Shown: positions 53,012-64,000 of the stretch, one piece after another
Numbering within the stretch: the first letter of the stretch is position 1
Layout of the letters: each line of letters starts with the position of its first letter
Assembly: GCA_904063045.1 (NCBI GenBank)
Contig: CAJFCJ010000001.1
Location: forward strand, 1,674,001-1,738,000
DNA from: Dimorphilus gyrociliatus
Taxonomy: Eukaryota > Animalia > Annelida
DNA length: 64,000 bases
Direction of reading: 5' to 3'
The notes under the pieces: model-generated
Databases searched by the model: none
Told to the model about the DNA's origin: nothing
What the model saw: the letters and a program-made list of their open reading frames with translations, nothing else
Made by a program: the position numbers and the translations under genes

Positions 53012-54513
53012 TCAAAGCATGTAATTTTTAGCGACCATCTTTATAGGTCTTCTGCAGATTGGACACGGTTTTCCATTGTTACGCAATCTTTTGCCACATG
53101 GATAACAAGTTACTTGATGCGCACTTTTTCCATGAATAAGAACGGCATCTTTTGACTGTTCTTGGCAGATTGAGCAGAATTCCACTTCCAAGGATGAACC
53201 TATTCCCGAATCTTTTCTTAAATTGAACGGCTTTTGTGTTTTTGGTGAATTTGTGTTAGGGGTTTCTTCCTCTTCAGTTAATATAATCGTACTAGCATTC
53301 GAACTTTGATGTTTGAGAGGTGAAGCAATAAATTTGTTATCATTGCTTTCAATGTCATCTTCATCGCTATCAAATCGAGTAGAAATTGCCGAATTGAACT
53401 TGACAGGCTGTAAGCGAGATTTCTTTCTTCTTTTTCGCAGCACTTTCTTTTTCCTTCTAAGATCCCCGGCAGTACTACCATGATCAGTTTCTGAACGGCT
53501 AATATCTGGTCCGCAATATATGGAACCAAATTGTCGATGAAATGTCTCTCCACCAGATGATGAATCCTCTCTGTCACTATTGATTGATTCCTCGTCAGCA
53601 AAGAATTCATTGTCCGTTGTCAGTACTCCAACGACGTCTTCGACAGGTGATTGTGAGCCAATCGATAGCTTTGTGTTAGACTCATCCATTGATTCTGGTT
53701 CGTACTCTTCAAAATGTTCGTCTTCCGAAAGAAACCATAAATCATCGGAAGATGATGCAACTATTGCTGTTGTCTTGCTATGTATACTATTATCAGATTC
53801 TTCATCTTCTTCCATTGTTTCCTGTCGAAACTCCGATGTATCCTCAATATCAGAAAATTTTCGTTTTCGATTACAATTCATAGGCGGAGTTGCGAGAATT
53901 TTTGGCGTCGTTTTGGAAACGTGCTTTTGTAGTAATGTTCTATGAGAAAGAATTAGATCAATTATTTATTGTGGTTAAAAACCGTAAAGGGCAAACGCAA
54001 ATATTATAATGGAACTTACGGAAACTCATCAATGTACAATGCAGGGCGATTAGTTAACGTCATTAAATCGTTGTCGCAGTATACTAAGGATGGTTGATGT
54101 CTATCAAACAATTTCTTTTCCTTAATATAATCTCCCAGGTAGTTGATTATCTAATGGGAATAACAGACTTTGTTTATGCCATAAACAAGAGCAAATGTTT
54201 ACATCGCTAAGACAACTCCATCAATTATTCAAATAATGATTGCGAACCAAAGGAGTAAGACTCAGAAAAGAACATTTTGTAAACAATGTTAAAATTCTTT
54301 TACCTGGGAAAGTGTGAAGTAATCTTCACAAGCTCCAATCTTTCGTAAGATGGAAAGAAGACGATAGCTTGGTTCAAACTTTTCCATATTTTTCTTCTTC
54401 TAATTAGGACAATAAACGTTATAAATTGAGGAAAGAATATAGGAAAACATTACGCTCACCTCCTCCATATTTATTGTTCGACGTACACAGTCGAATTTCA
54501 AAGAAGCTTGCAT
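53012..54513 (-). CDS. MDM2: MDM2/MDM4-family E3 ligase; 4 coding exons (SWIB, acidic region, C2H2C4 RING)
   Basis: Spliced SWIB domain LLSILRKIGA..YFTLSQ|IINYLGDYIKEKKLFD...VYCDND, with intron positions matching my recollection of vertebrate MDM2. RING: CSIC...IHGKSAHQVTCYPC...CPICRRPI. Confidence 0.92.
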
Positions 54514-54615
54514 ATTTTTTTTATCAAAAAAGAGTACGGATATGCATAATCGGCGGGAAACGATGATCAAATAATTGAATTTGCACACTGGCGGAAGTCG
54601 CTTCTTAACTGACGC

Positions 54616-54635
54616 AGACTTGTCTGGGCTCGTTC
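54616..54635. promoter_or_regulatory. p53 response element in the predicted MDM2 intron 1
   Basis: AGACTTGTCT (perfect RRRCWWGYYY) plus GGGCTCGTTC (one mismatch), spacer 0. Further perfect half-sites at 54698 and 54749. Confidence 0.7.
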
Positions 54636-55250
54636 ACAATCGGTTGAACAGTCTAAAATTAACAGATCATCTTGTTTCATTCCACCAATACGTTTTTAAG
54701 CAAGCCTAAAGAAAGTTTCGATTATAATTTTTTTCATTTGTCCTTTAGAAACATGTTTTATAATGGAAAAATTCACAAAATAAAACATGTACTTACTTGA
54801 TCCGTTCATGACGCGTTTCCGCTTCCAGATAATGCAGATGGCGCCAACCCCTTCTTTTCCCGCCAAAATTATCGTATGTCAACACACCAAATATCCAGGG
54901 ATGAATGGGTTGCATATTTCAATATGTTTACTTATCTTTGAATGAATTTCTTAAAGAATAGATAAACCCACTCGACAAAATTTTAAGGAATTTCAATATC
55001 AGCTTGATGTCAACATTGAACAAATGTTACTTTGTTACTCCTATTGAAGTGAATTATGTAACTGTTTACTTGTCTCCTTTGACACAAATATACAAAAAAA
55101 ATTATGTAAAGGTACAAAGGTTATATTTAATTGCTACCATGACTATCCATGGTAACTGAAAAACTTGTATTAAAATTATCTCATTGTCTCAATCTTTTCC
55201 CCTTTTAGACATTAAATAACAAATATTTGATATAAATGCATTAAAACCGC

Positions 55251-57656
55251 CTAGATATTACTAAAATCACCGCAATTTACAACATGAGCTTGAAGTTTAT
55301 CCAAATTTTCTTGATTTGACTGACAAACAGGACAACAGAATTTCTGTTCCTGTGCTATTGAATCCGAAGGAAGGTAGTCCATGCAATTATCTGCGTGAAG
55401 TTCTAGCGCTCTCATAGTTTCAAATGCTAGACTACATATTGGGCACTTATAAATCTGCTAATTATTGTAAAAAAAGAATTGAATGAAATATATAAATGAC
55501 CATTTTGTATTCTACCATATTAAAACTTACTTCAGTTGATCGTGGCCTTGGTGGCAATATCGGTGCTTCTTGCATTGGAACTCTTATACTGCTTCCATGA
55601 TGTCTCACGACAGAGTTTATATCACCTGATGAGTCAGTTTGCTGAATATGATACACATATATGAATTTATTAACTAAAAGAAGTATATAAACTTACCTGT
55701 TTTATTCTGTCCAATAGTTTATCAAGCTTTGCCTTCGTGTCAACATAGTGTTTTTCGAATCTATCTTTTTCTTCTCTTAGTTCCGAAGAGAGCCGCTTTT
55801 GTTGTTCATAGTCATTCTTATATAAATCTAATTGAATTTTATGAGCTTCTATCTCGCTAGTAGAATAACGAAGAGAGTTAAGCTCTTTCGTCAACTGCTC
55901 GTTTGTTTTCTTGCATTCTCTGGCCATTTCTTTCATTGCTATATATTTGCTGGTTTGAGAATCCTTTTCTTCCTTTAGTTGTTTAATTTCAATCATGCGC
56001 TCATCGATGTCATCTTTAAGTTCTAAATACTTCTTATTCAGAATAAAGTTTTCATGTTCTACACGTCTTTCATTGACTTCAAGAGCTTTAATTCTATACA
56101 AAAGCAAATAGCTGATCAGTAATAGTTAAACGAAATTGCATAACCCATATTACTTTTCCTCGTATTCAATAGAAGGAATAGGTACATATTCTTGCTTTCG
56201 TAATTGTTGAACTGTTCTTACTTCTTCATTTGCCGCTCTTTCTTTTTGTTTTGATTCGTTTAGTTCTTTTTGAAGATTTTCAATTCTAAAATAACATCAG
56301 ATATTAGTTAATCATAAAGAAAAGTATACTTTTATATTTAAAATACACACTCATTGGTTTGTTTTTCCACTTGGTTCTTTAATTTTTCTATGTCGATAAT
56401 AAGATCAGAATTATCTTGCTTTATCTCTTGCAAACAACTGGAGGCACTTGTCAATTTTTCAACCTCTCTCTCCATAGATTGTAATCTCTCAAAAAGGGTA
56501 CCACTTTTAAGCCTTTCTGCTAGCAGTGCATTTTTTAACATGTCGGTATCAGAGGCTTCAACCTTCTCTGTGTTATGAAATTGATGTGAATTGCGATATT
56601 TTTCTTTCTGCTCTTTCAAATGGTCTTGAATATTCTTTCTTTCTTCTTCGAAACGCTTAACTACGATACGCAAATTGCGATATTCTTGATTAACAGTGTT
56701 TACATCGAATAAGAGTTGTTCATTTTCTTTCAATTTTAAATCAAGCTCTTTCCGTAATCTTTCAACTTGTTGTTTTAAATTATCATTCTTTTCTATTATT
56801 TCTTGATTATAGTTTTCAAGCTTTGCCTTAGCGTATCTTTCTTCTTCTAGCTGCCTCTCGATTGCGTTATTTGTATGCTTTACGGTTAGTAGTTCTTTAT
56901 TTAAAGAGTGAGTTGCAATATCTTCACTACAAGCCTTGAATAATAATGAGATTATTAACTGAAATTAACAGGAAAAGAAATATAAAAACAAATTACTTCT
57001 TCTAAGCGAGTTTCTTTCAATTGATCCATAAGTAAAGTAGTTTGCTCTTCTAACGTGATCGCTCGCTGCTCACTTGTTTTATTTTTTATCTATTGATAAT
57101 ATGTTAATAGAATCAGATATATCATCAATTAAAGATACTATAATACATATATATATATATGTATATATACAAACTTTTAATTCCCTAATTGTGTCTTTTA
57201 ACTTTTCTATTTCGCAATCCTTTTTTTGCAATGTTACTTTCGTTTCTTGACAATATTCCATTTCTCTTTCTTCACAGGATTCTTTTGCAGACTTCAAGGA
57301 TTTTATACATTTAAATGCTTCATCTAGCTGCTTGTTAAGTGTTTTTAGGGAAGCTGAAAAAAAATTTTATCAAATGTTTCTATAAATATTTAAACATCAA
57401 AACAAAAATACAAACTCTGATATCTTTGATTCATATTTAGGATTCTTTTATGAGCCTTCAAGAGGTCTGGGATACTTAATGACTTTTAAAACGGAAATTT
57501 TCTAATTAATATGCTTAATTAAAATAGAATTTTACCAACTTTAGTCATTTCATTGAATGAACTATTCATATTATGTCGCTGAATTTGATCTGCTTTTTCT
57601 AAAACCTCGAAAGATGATGTAGGAGGCGTCTCCACATTATCGGGCATTGTTGCCAT
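55251..57656 (-). CDS. Optineurin/NEMO/TNIP-like coiled-coil protein with two C-terminal CCHC zinc fingers
   Basis: N-terminal TSSFEVL; long coiled coil; UBAN-like LDLYKNDYEQQKR; last exon 55457-55251 encodes two C-x2-C-x12-H-x3-C fingers. Confidence 0.75.
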
Positions 57657-58012
57657 TGCGATTAATAAATTGATAGATTTCTTTATGTGTTTTTGTAGCT
57701 GTATTCCTCAAGAATCTGCGAAAAGTCGTCAAAAACCACGATGATTCTTTATTTTTGTATTACTAATATTCATGTGGGAAATCCATTATATAGGCCAACA
57801 ACTTTTGGGTAGTACTAATATTTTAATCAAAGCCGTATCCATATTTAAATAATCTATATCAATAAAAATTTTTAACGAATATAAAACATGTTATTTTGTA
57901 TCTATAAAATAAATACAAACGCTATTTCGCGTGATTTAGAGAGACCGGAAGCTGATGGAAGTCAATATCAAGGACGATTGTAATTCGACTTGAAAGTTTG
58001 TGCCCTTTGAAA

Positions 58013-59791
58013 ATGTTAAGTACAATATTTTTTCGAAATTCTTCGAAATATTTTGTAAAAGGGAATTTTGCAAGACATTTACAACATTTTCCCAGATTAC
58101 ATCAAGTTAGTGCTACTATTAGGACTTTAATAAGAGTTAATAAAGTTTTCTTGATAGAGCGCGAGACCGAATTTTTCGGCATCCATCTCAAAAGCAGTTA
58201 ATAGCCTAAAATCCAGTAGATTTTCATTGCATAATAGCTCCAAATATGGTTTTATATTAAAGAGATTTGCTTCAAATGGCCAAAAGGTACCCTTCGGCAG
58301 TTTCACAGATATTCCAGATAAAGGTCGAAAAATTGTTGGTTGGTGGCTGATGGGATTCTCTGGAATGGTTGTTGGGGCGGTTGTCTTGGGAGGAATCACT
58401 AGGTGCGTAGACAAGAAACTAAATCATACAAGAGTATATCCTATTTCTCATAACAACTTCAGATTAACCGAGTCAGGTCTGTCGATGACATCTTGGAAGT
58501 TGCTCGGACAAAAATATCCCTCAAATGAAGAAGAATGGATAGCAGAATTCGAAAGATATAAATCTTATCCTGAATATAAATAGTAATGCTGAATATTTTT
58601 ACTTAAAAGGCTCTAATTCACATATTTTCCAGCTTAAAGAAAGAACAAGGTATAACCTTGAGTGAGTTCAAGTTTATATACTTTATGGAGTATTCTCATA
58701 GAATGTGGGGTCGCTTGATTGGAGTAGCATTCGCTCTACCAGCTGCGTATTTTCTAAAGAAGGGCTGGATAACTAAACCTATGAAGCCAAGATTGGCAAT
58801 TTATGGATCTCTAATTCTCTTCCAAGTCTGTTCAAATTCAATTTTCAAGTTAAGTAATAATATATGTCACTAAATTTCATAAAGGGTCTTCTAGGGTGGT
58901 ACATGGTTAAAAGCGGTTTGGAGGAGAATAAAAGGAATGAAGATATACCCAGAGTTAGTCAATATCGACTTGCATCACATTTAGGATCTGCTTTAGCCCT
59001 CTTCAGCCTCACACTATGGGGCGGTCTAACTCATTTGCAACTTCCTCAAAAAGTATACAATACTTTTCATTAGATTTGTAGACGACTAACAGTTATATTT
59101 ATAGTTTGCTCAAACAAAACAAATTGCAAGATTAAAGGGAGCTTCTCACCTTGTGATGACCTTGGTTTTTGTAACGGCTTTGTCTGGTAATCTTTTTTTC
59201 TGATTTTTTTAAGTGGCTTTTAAGTCATGTCATCCTAAATACTTTAAGTAAACGATTGAACTTATTAATAGGTGCGTTTGTTGCCGGTTTGGATGCCGGT
59301 TTGACCTACAATAGTTGGCCTAAAATGGCAGATAGTTGGATTCCAGATGACATTCTTGCATATTCACCAAAAATCTCGAATATATTTGAAAATCCAACCA
59401 CTGTTCAGTTCAATCATCGTCATTTGGTTGGTATTTAAATTTTGTATCTTTAAGTATCTAAAACTTTTAAATTGTATTATCAGGGAGAATTAACCGGCGC
59501 CTCTACACTGATCTTATGGCTTTTTACAAGACGTTGTAACCTGCCAAGTAGGGCAAGATTGGCTGCTAATTGTTTAGCGGCAATGGCAGTTGTTCAAGTA
59601 AATAAGGCTAACAACTTTAAGGATTGTAACAATCATAGGTTTTTTTTAATTTAAAACAGGTGTCACTTGGAATTACGACACTTCTTACTTATGTTCCAAC
59701 TTCTACTGCAGCTCTACACCAAAGTGGATCGTTAGCACTTTTATCCTTTGCCATTTGGTTTAATCACGCTTTACGGAAGGTACCAAAATAG
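58013..59791 (+). CDS. COX15: Heme A synthase COX15; multi-exon
   Basis: VVLGGIT|[72 protein letters not shown]. Confidence 0.96.
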
Positions 59792-60254
59792 AACGTCTCA
59801 TTAAAATATCTTATAAAAGGATAAATATTTGTAAATAAACATCTTTTGTTCTGGATACGTTAAAAAAATTAGTATGAATAATATAGAGCGAAAATAAAAG
59901 GAATAATGATCTTAAAAGTTTGTCAGTTTTGTTTATTTTAAGTTTTCCCACACCTTAATGATCTATTAATTCTGCTCTTTAATGAATAGAAATATTTATA
60001 ACGAGATAACTTTAAAGAATAAATCGAATATAACCAACAATAATGAAAAATAGCAACATTATATATATATATATCTATATATTATGAAAATAGTATAAAA
60101 TCTATGCAAACTAGAAAGATTGCCAAAGTTTTCATTCTGTAGAAAAATTATTAGCCAATTAGAATTGAATGAGACGAGATTTGTAGAAATTTTAAAGGTT
60201 CAAGATAACTTACAATATTGTTTGAACTAAATACATAAAAAAAATACCTTGAAT

Positions 60255-61346
60255 TTAAGATTGATCGCCAATAGTTTCTCCTTTACTCCTTTCTCTTTCG
60301 TAGCTTTTAATCATCTCTTGAAGAATTTTATTCTCTTCCGATAAATCATCGTTACTCTTTCGACTGATGTCTAATTCGTGAGATAATCCATTATTACGCT
60401 CTTTAAATACAGTTATTTCACGTCTGAGTTTGGATAGTTTTTTTTCTAAGCCTATATTAATCCCAGTTAGTTCGTATATATATAAATCTTTTTTCTCTCT
60501 AATTGATCTTTCTCTTTCTAATTCTCTTTCCATTTCGTTAGTTTTTTTTTTCAGCGTCAAATATTCCTCTGTTAAATCAATAGAGTTTTTATTTGATTCA
60601 TTAACTTTTTTTAGTAAACATGGCTGTAAAAAGAAAAACAAAACAATAAATTAAATATAGAGAAAGTGAAATTAGTAGTAAAATAAACCTCTTCTATATG
60701 ATGTTCTTTCATTTCTCTCTTTATTTCCTCAGCTTCCTTGGCTAATTCTCTCACTTTACTTTCGGATAGAATATTTTGAACCTATTGAACAGATTAGTAA
60801 ATTTATGTAATTTTCTTATACAGTTAAGAAATCTAATAAGATTTTACTTTTAAATTTTTATATTCGTTCTTCTGTCTACGAATTTGTTCATTTAAGAAAG
60901 ATATTTCGTTAATTGATGTGATTGATGTTGAAATTTGTCTGCTATGTTTACTTTCGTTTTGTTGTAATTTATCTATACGATCTTTAAGTTTCTCAAAATA
61001 AGATCTTAGTTGATCTTGATCAGTAAAAGCTGCAATATACAAAGTTACTAGTAGTTATTGATGTAAGAGAAAAACTATGATTGGTACTTACTCTCCGTCT
61101 TCTGATTAGGAATCGCAGAAGTTTTCTTATTATTTATGTTACTTAGATCCGTAAACTTGTATTAATTAAAATTTTAACAAAATATAAAGTAATTGAAAGT
61201 AAGATATTAAAATTTAGACTTACATTCATTTTTCTCTCGCAGATCGGTTTATTTTCTTTTTCGTCATTAATAGATTTTAATTCACAAATTTCAAAAGGCG
61301 ATCCTGATGAGCAAGTACCGTCATATTCTTGATTAAATGTTGCCAT
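60255..61346 (-). CDS. Coiled-coil protein of unknown family; about 5 exons
   Basis: Exons join in frame through GT-AG introns (for example GTAAGT at 61223); heptad-rich E/K sequence. Confidence 0.65.
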
Positions 61347-62228
61347 TACTATTAATAAATTAATATTTAAGAAAGTTTTATCAAGAGTCCGGCGATCTTA
61401 AACTTTTAAATATCTTTCGTAAATTTCAGTCAAGGAGCAACTAGTTTTATATAGCTATAGTGATCAGTTGGTTTATATAGTAAGCCAGAGTCGTCGTCCG
61501 CTAACTAGGTACAGCTAGGCTTTAATTGATCTAAATACAATTTGAACTTTATTAAACCCTATAGTCGTGCGTGTTTTCTAGTAAAAAAAAGTTACAAAAG
61601 TATTGGAAATTCTAGAATAAATGTTCACAATGAACTATTATCTTTTATAAAAGTCTGAAAATTATGTTTTTCTCTTCAAAACATTCTACTTTTAAGTAAA
61701 ATGAAAAACTTTTAAAGTAAATACTCGAGGCGAAAAGAAAAGTATAAATTAATAAAAAAAACTTCATTAAAAGTTCCATTTTAGTTAAATTTAACTATAA
61801 ATAACGTAAGAAATTGTAATCAGTTTATATCAAAAGTATTTTATATGAAATATAGTGAATTTTTTTCTATATTTCTTATATAAAGTAACTTTTTCGGAAA
61901 GATATAACTGTGTGGTATTTTCGGATAATTAATATCAAACTGAAAGCTATATAGTCAAACTTTACGGTTTAATTCAAGTTTCTCACTGATTTTTAGTAGG
62001 ATTAAATTGTATACCAGTTTACAATATTGCGAAGGACAAACGGAAACTCAAAATCTACAATCATAGGTTTTTCCTCTTAATTTAAAGTTTAACAGAGACA
62101 AATAAATATAACTTTAGTGATAAATTTTGATTTTATATCTATTTTTAACTTTTGTTTTAATATTTGTTAAAAACCCATAGTATGATCATTTGAATAAGGC
62201 AGAAAACTCAATTTTCGCTCACAGATCC

Positions 62229-62534
62229 ATGCCATTTTATCGAAGTCAAACGATTCGAAAATTACTTGATTCTACTCCTGGTCGAAATACTTTTGGTGTC
62301 TATCGATTTCTTCCTTTCTTCTTTATCTTAGGAGCTGCGTTGGAGTTTTCTATGATAAATTGGAGAGTGGGAGACGTAAATTTTTGTAAGTCATTAACCT
62401 TTGAGAACGTTCTCTTACATTATATTATTGTTACTTATGAAAATCATAACGTTTCTTCAGATAGCGTATATAAGAAGAGAAAAGTTCACGAACTAGCTTT
62501 AAAGCAACTAAAAGAAGAAGGGAAAATTGAGTAA
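62229..62534 (+). CDS. UQCC5: Complex III assembly factor UQCC5 (SMIM4/Sloth1); exons 62229-62385 and 62461-62534
   Basis: IRKLLDSTPGRNTFGVYRFLPFFFILGAALEFSMINWRVGDVNF|YSVYKKR matches SMIM4. Confidence 0.93.
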   Translation: MPFYRSQTIRKLLDSTPGRNTFGVYRFLPFFFILGAALEFSMINWRVGDVNFCKSLTFENVLLHYIIVTYENHNVSSDSVYKKRKVHELALKQLKEEGKIE

Positions 62535-62535
62535 A

Positions 62536-62706
62536 ATGCCGGCTGGAGTCCGAATGAGTGTTTATGTAAAATTTCTTTGCGCCTCCTTATTAAGTATGTT
62601 TGCTGGATCTCAGGCTGTTCATGTTCTATACAAACCATTAGATAATATAAATCAATTGGTTGAAGATGAGAAACTAAATATACTAAAAGGTATAGACGAA
62701 AAATAG
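62536..62706 (+). CDS. UQCC6: Complex III assembly factor UQCC6 (BRAWNIN/C12orf73/Sloth2), 56 aa; not in the ORF track
   Basis: MPAGVRMSVYVKFLCASLLSMFAGSQAVHVLYKPLDNINQLVEDEKLNILKGIDEK*, with the MPAGV...AGxxxVHxxYxP signature. Confidence 0.92.
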   Translation: MPAGVRMSVYVKFLCASLLSMFAGSQAVHVLYKPLDNINQLVEDEKLNILKGIDEK

Positions 62707-62916
62707 AAAATATAAATTGAGAAAACTTCGAATTTGAATTCATTAGAATGTATTTGATAATTAAATATTTTGAATTGTTTCTACTGATTAAATAGAATAT
62801 CTCGGAATTATTTAAATAATATACTAAAAATAGTCCATAACCCACCGTAAATAATCAACTTGTATAGTTGCAATTTAATTATAAGTTCTTAATAGTTAGT
62901 GTTTTTCTTGACAATA

Positions 62917-64000
62917 TCAACGAAATTGTGATGTACTTATTCTTAAGCCAATAGTGTCTTTGCCTATTTCAGTTGCCTGAAAGAAAAAGTACTGTTTGAA
63001 AAATATGCTTTTTTTCCTAGACTAAATGTACCTTCGTTATTCTACAAACTTGACCCTTAAACTCTGGTAGATAACATGCACCACTGAGTGGACATTTAAC
63101 AACTGGTTTTCCCTTATAGATGGGAGTAAAGCTAGCTCCACAAATATCAAAAGGATTATGTTCGTCGTACTTCAAATCCAAATTATCCGATGGATTCTTT
63201 TCACATACCATCATAATTTTCCTTGCTTGAACAGCAACTTCTTGTTTTGGCCCAAGTTCAAGTAATCTATTCGATTTAAAAGCTCCTTAAATTTATGAAA
63301 GAAATTCGAATTGTTACAAACCTCCTTGCAAAACTTGCTGCTGTCTTCAGGTTTTTCAATTTAAATGACAAATTTAATGCCGTTCTAAGAGTTAGAATTA
63401 AATGAATAGGTTGCAATTTACAATGAGTAAAATACGCAGCCATTTCACAATTTCTCTTCTGATCTTCAACACTTGTCTTCGGTAAATCTTTCCTTGCTTG
63501 CTCCATAGTTAAACCAATTATATATTCCCTACAAATTTCGATTAATTGTTGGGCTTCAGCGATTTCCTGTTTGTTTTCCACTACTAGTAGAGGAACACTG
63601 AGGAGAATGGACCTAAATTTCTCAATTGCATCAGCGAACTTGCCACTTGTTGTCAATTGATAAGCTGCTTGAAGCCTGTGAATAAGCTCTGCAAGTCTTA
63701 ACCCAGTTGCTGGTAGACCTTGCTTTAAACCTGCTTCTTTCCAGTTCCTATGGGGAAATCCGAAGAGTGGTTCCAGAGAAGGTGTTGCCTGGAAACACGT
63801 CCTAGACCTTGCATAAGTGTAAAGGAATAATTTTTTGTACTCAGTGAAGTCGACAACACCTATTTGGTCATGTAGTAATCTAGCGGCTGTTTCAAAAGAA
63901 CCGGCCAAAATGTGATCCACAGGTAATTGGGAATTATTGCACCAAATCTGGTTCTGGCTGACACCTTTAGTTGGAGGGACAAAGTAAGCGTTCTGCCCAG
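62917..64000 (-). CDS. COPA: Coatomer subunit alpha, 3' part
   Basis: [51 protein letters not shown], last exon [19 protein letters not shown]. Confidence 0.97.

Overview
This is eukaryotic genomic DNA: AT-rich, very gene-dense, with mostly 40-100 nt introns and about 30 protein-coding genes in 64 kb. I see no CRISPR array, tRNA, rRNA or recognisable transposon. The gene set (SWIB-containing MDM2, PWWP-MSH6, STK33, a U12-type intron) fits a compact non-fly, non-nematode invertebrate; the style recalls a miniaturised lophotrochozoan such as the annelid Dimorphilus, but that is inference only. Manually spliced gene models in order: divergent H3.3-like histone (-), TTC39 (+, 5' part outside the window), EGF-repeat type I membrane protein (+) with a nested antisense orphan gene, intronless tetraspanin (+), ZDHHC3/7 (-), myristoylated orphan (-), STK33 (-), RAB5IF (-), WASHC3 (-), EIF3J (-), CLCC1 (+), GTF3C4 (+), secreted LRR protein (-), TAF11 (+), CDK5R1 (-), MSH6 (-), orphan (-), HINT (-), 2-TM orphan (+), MLYCD (+), GST-like (+), PDSS2 (-), GET1 (+), MDM2 (-), optineurin/TNIP-like (-), COX15 (+), coiled-coil orphan (-), UQCC5/SMIM4 + UQCC6/BRAWNIN (+), COPA (-, partial). 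The most notable observations are: (1) a UQCC5-UQCC6 bicistron joined by TAA-A-ATG, whose second ORF is absent from the ORF track; (2) a cluster of p53 response elements in the predicted MDM2 intron 1; (3) a U12-type intron in GTF3C4 probably covered by an antisense 3' UTR; (4) convergent gene pairs whose stop codons interlock; (5) a divergent H3.3-type histone probably nested in a TTC39 intron. All family calls come from recognising motifs by eye; no searches were run.
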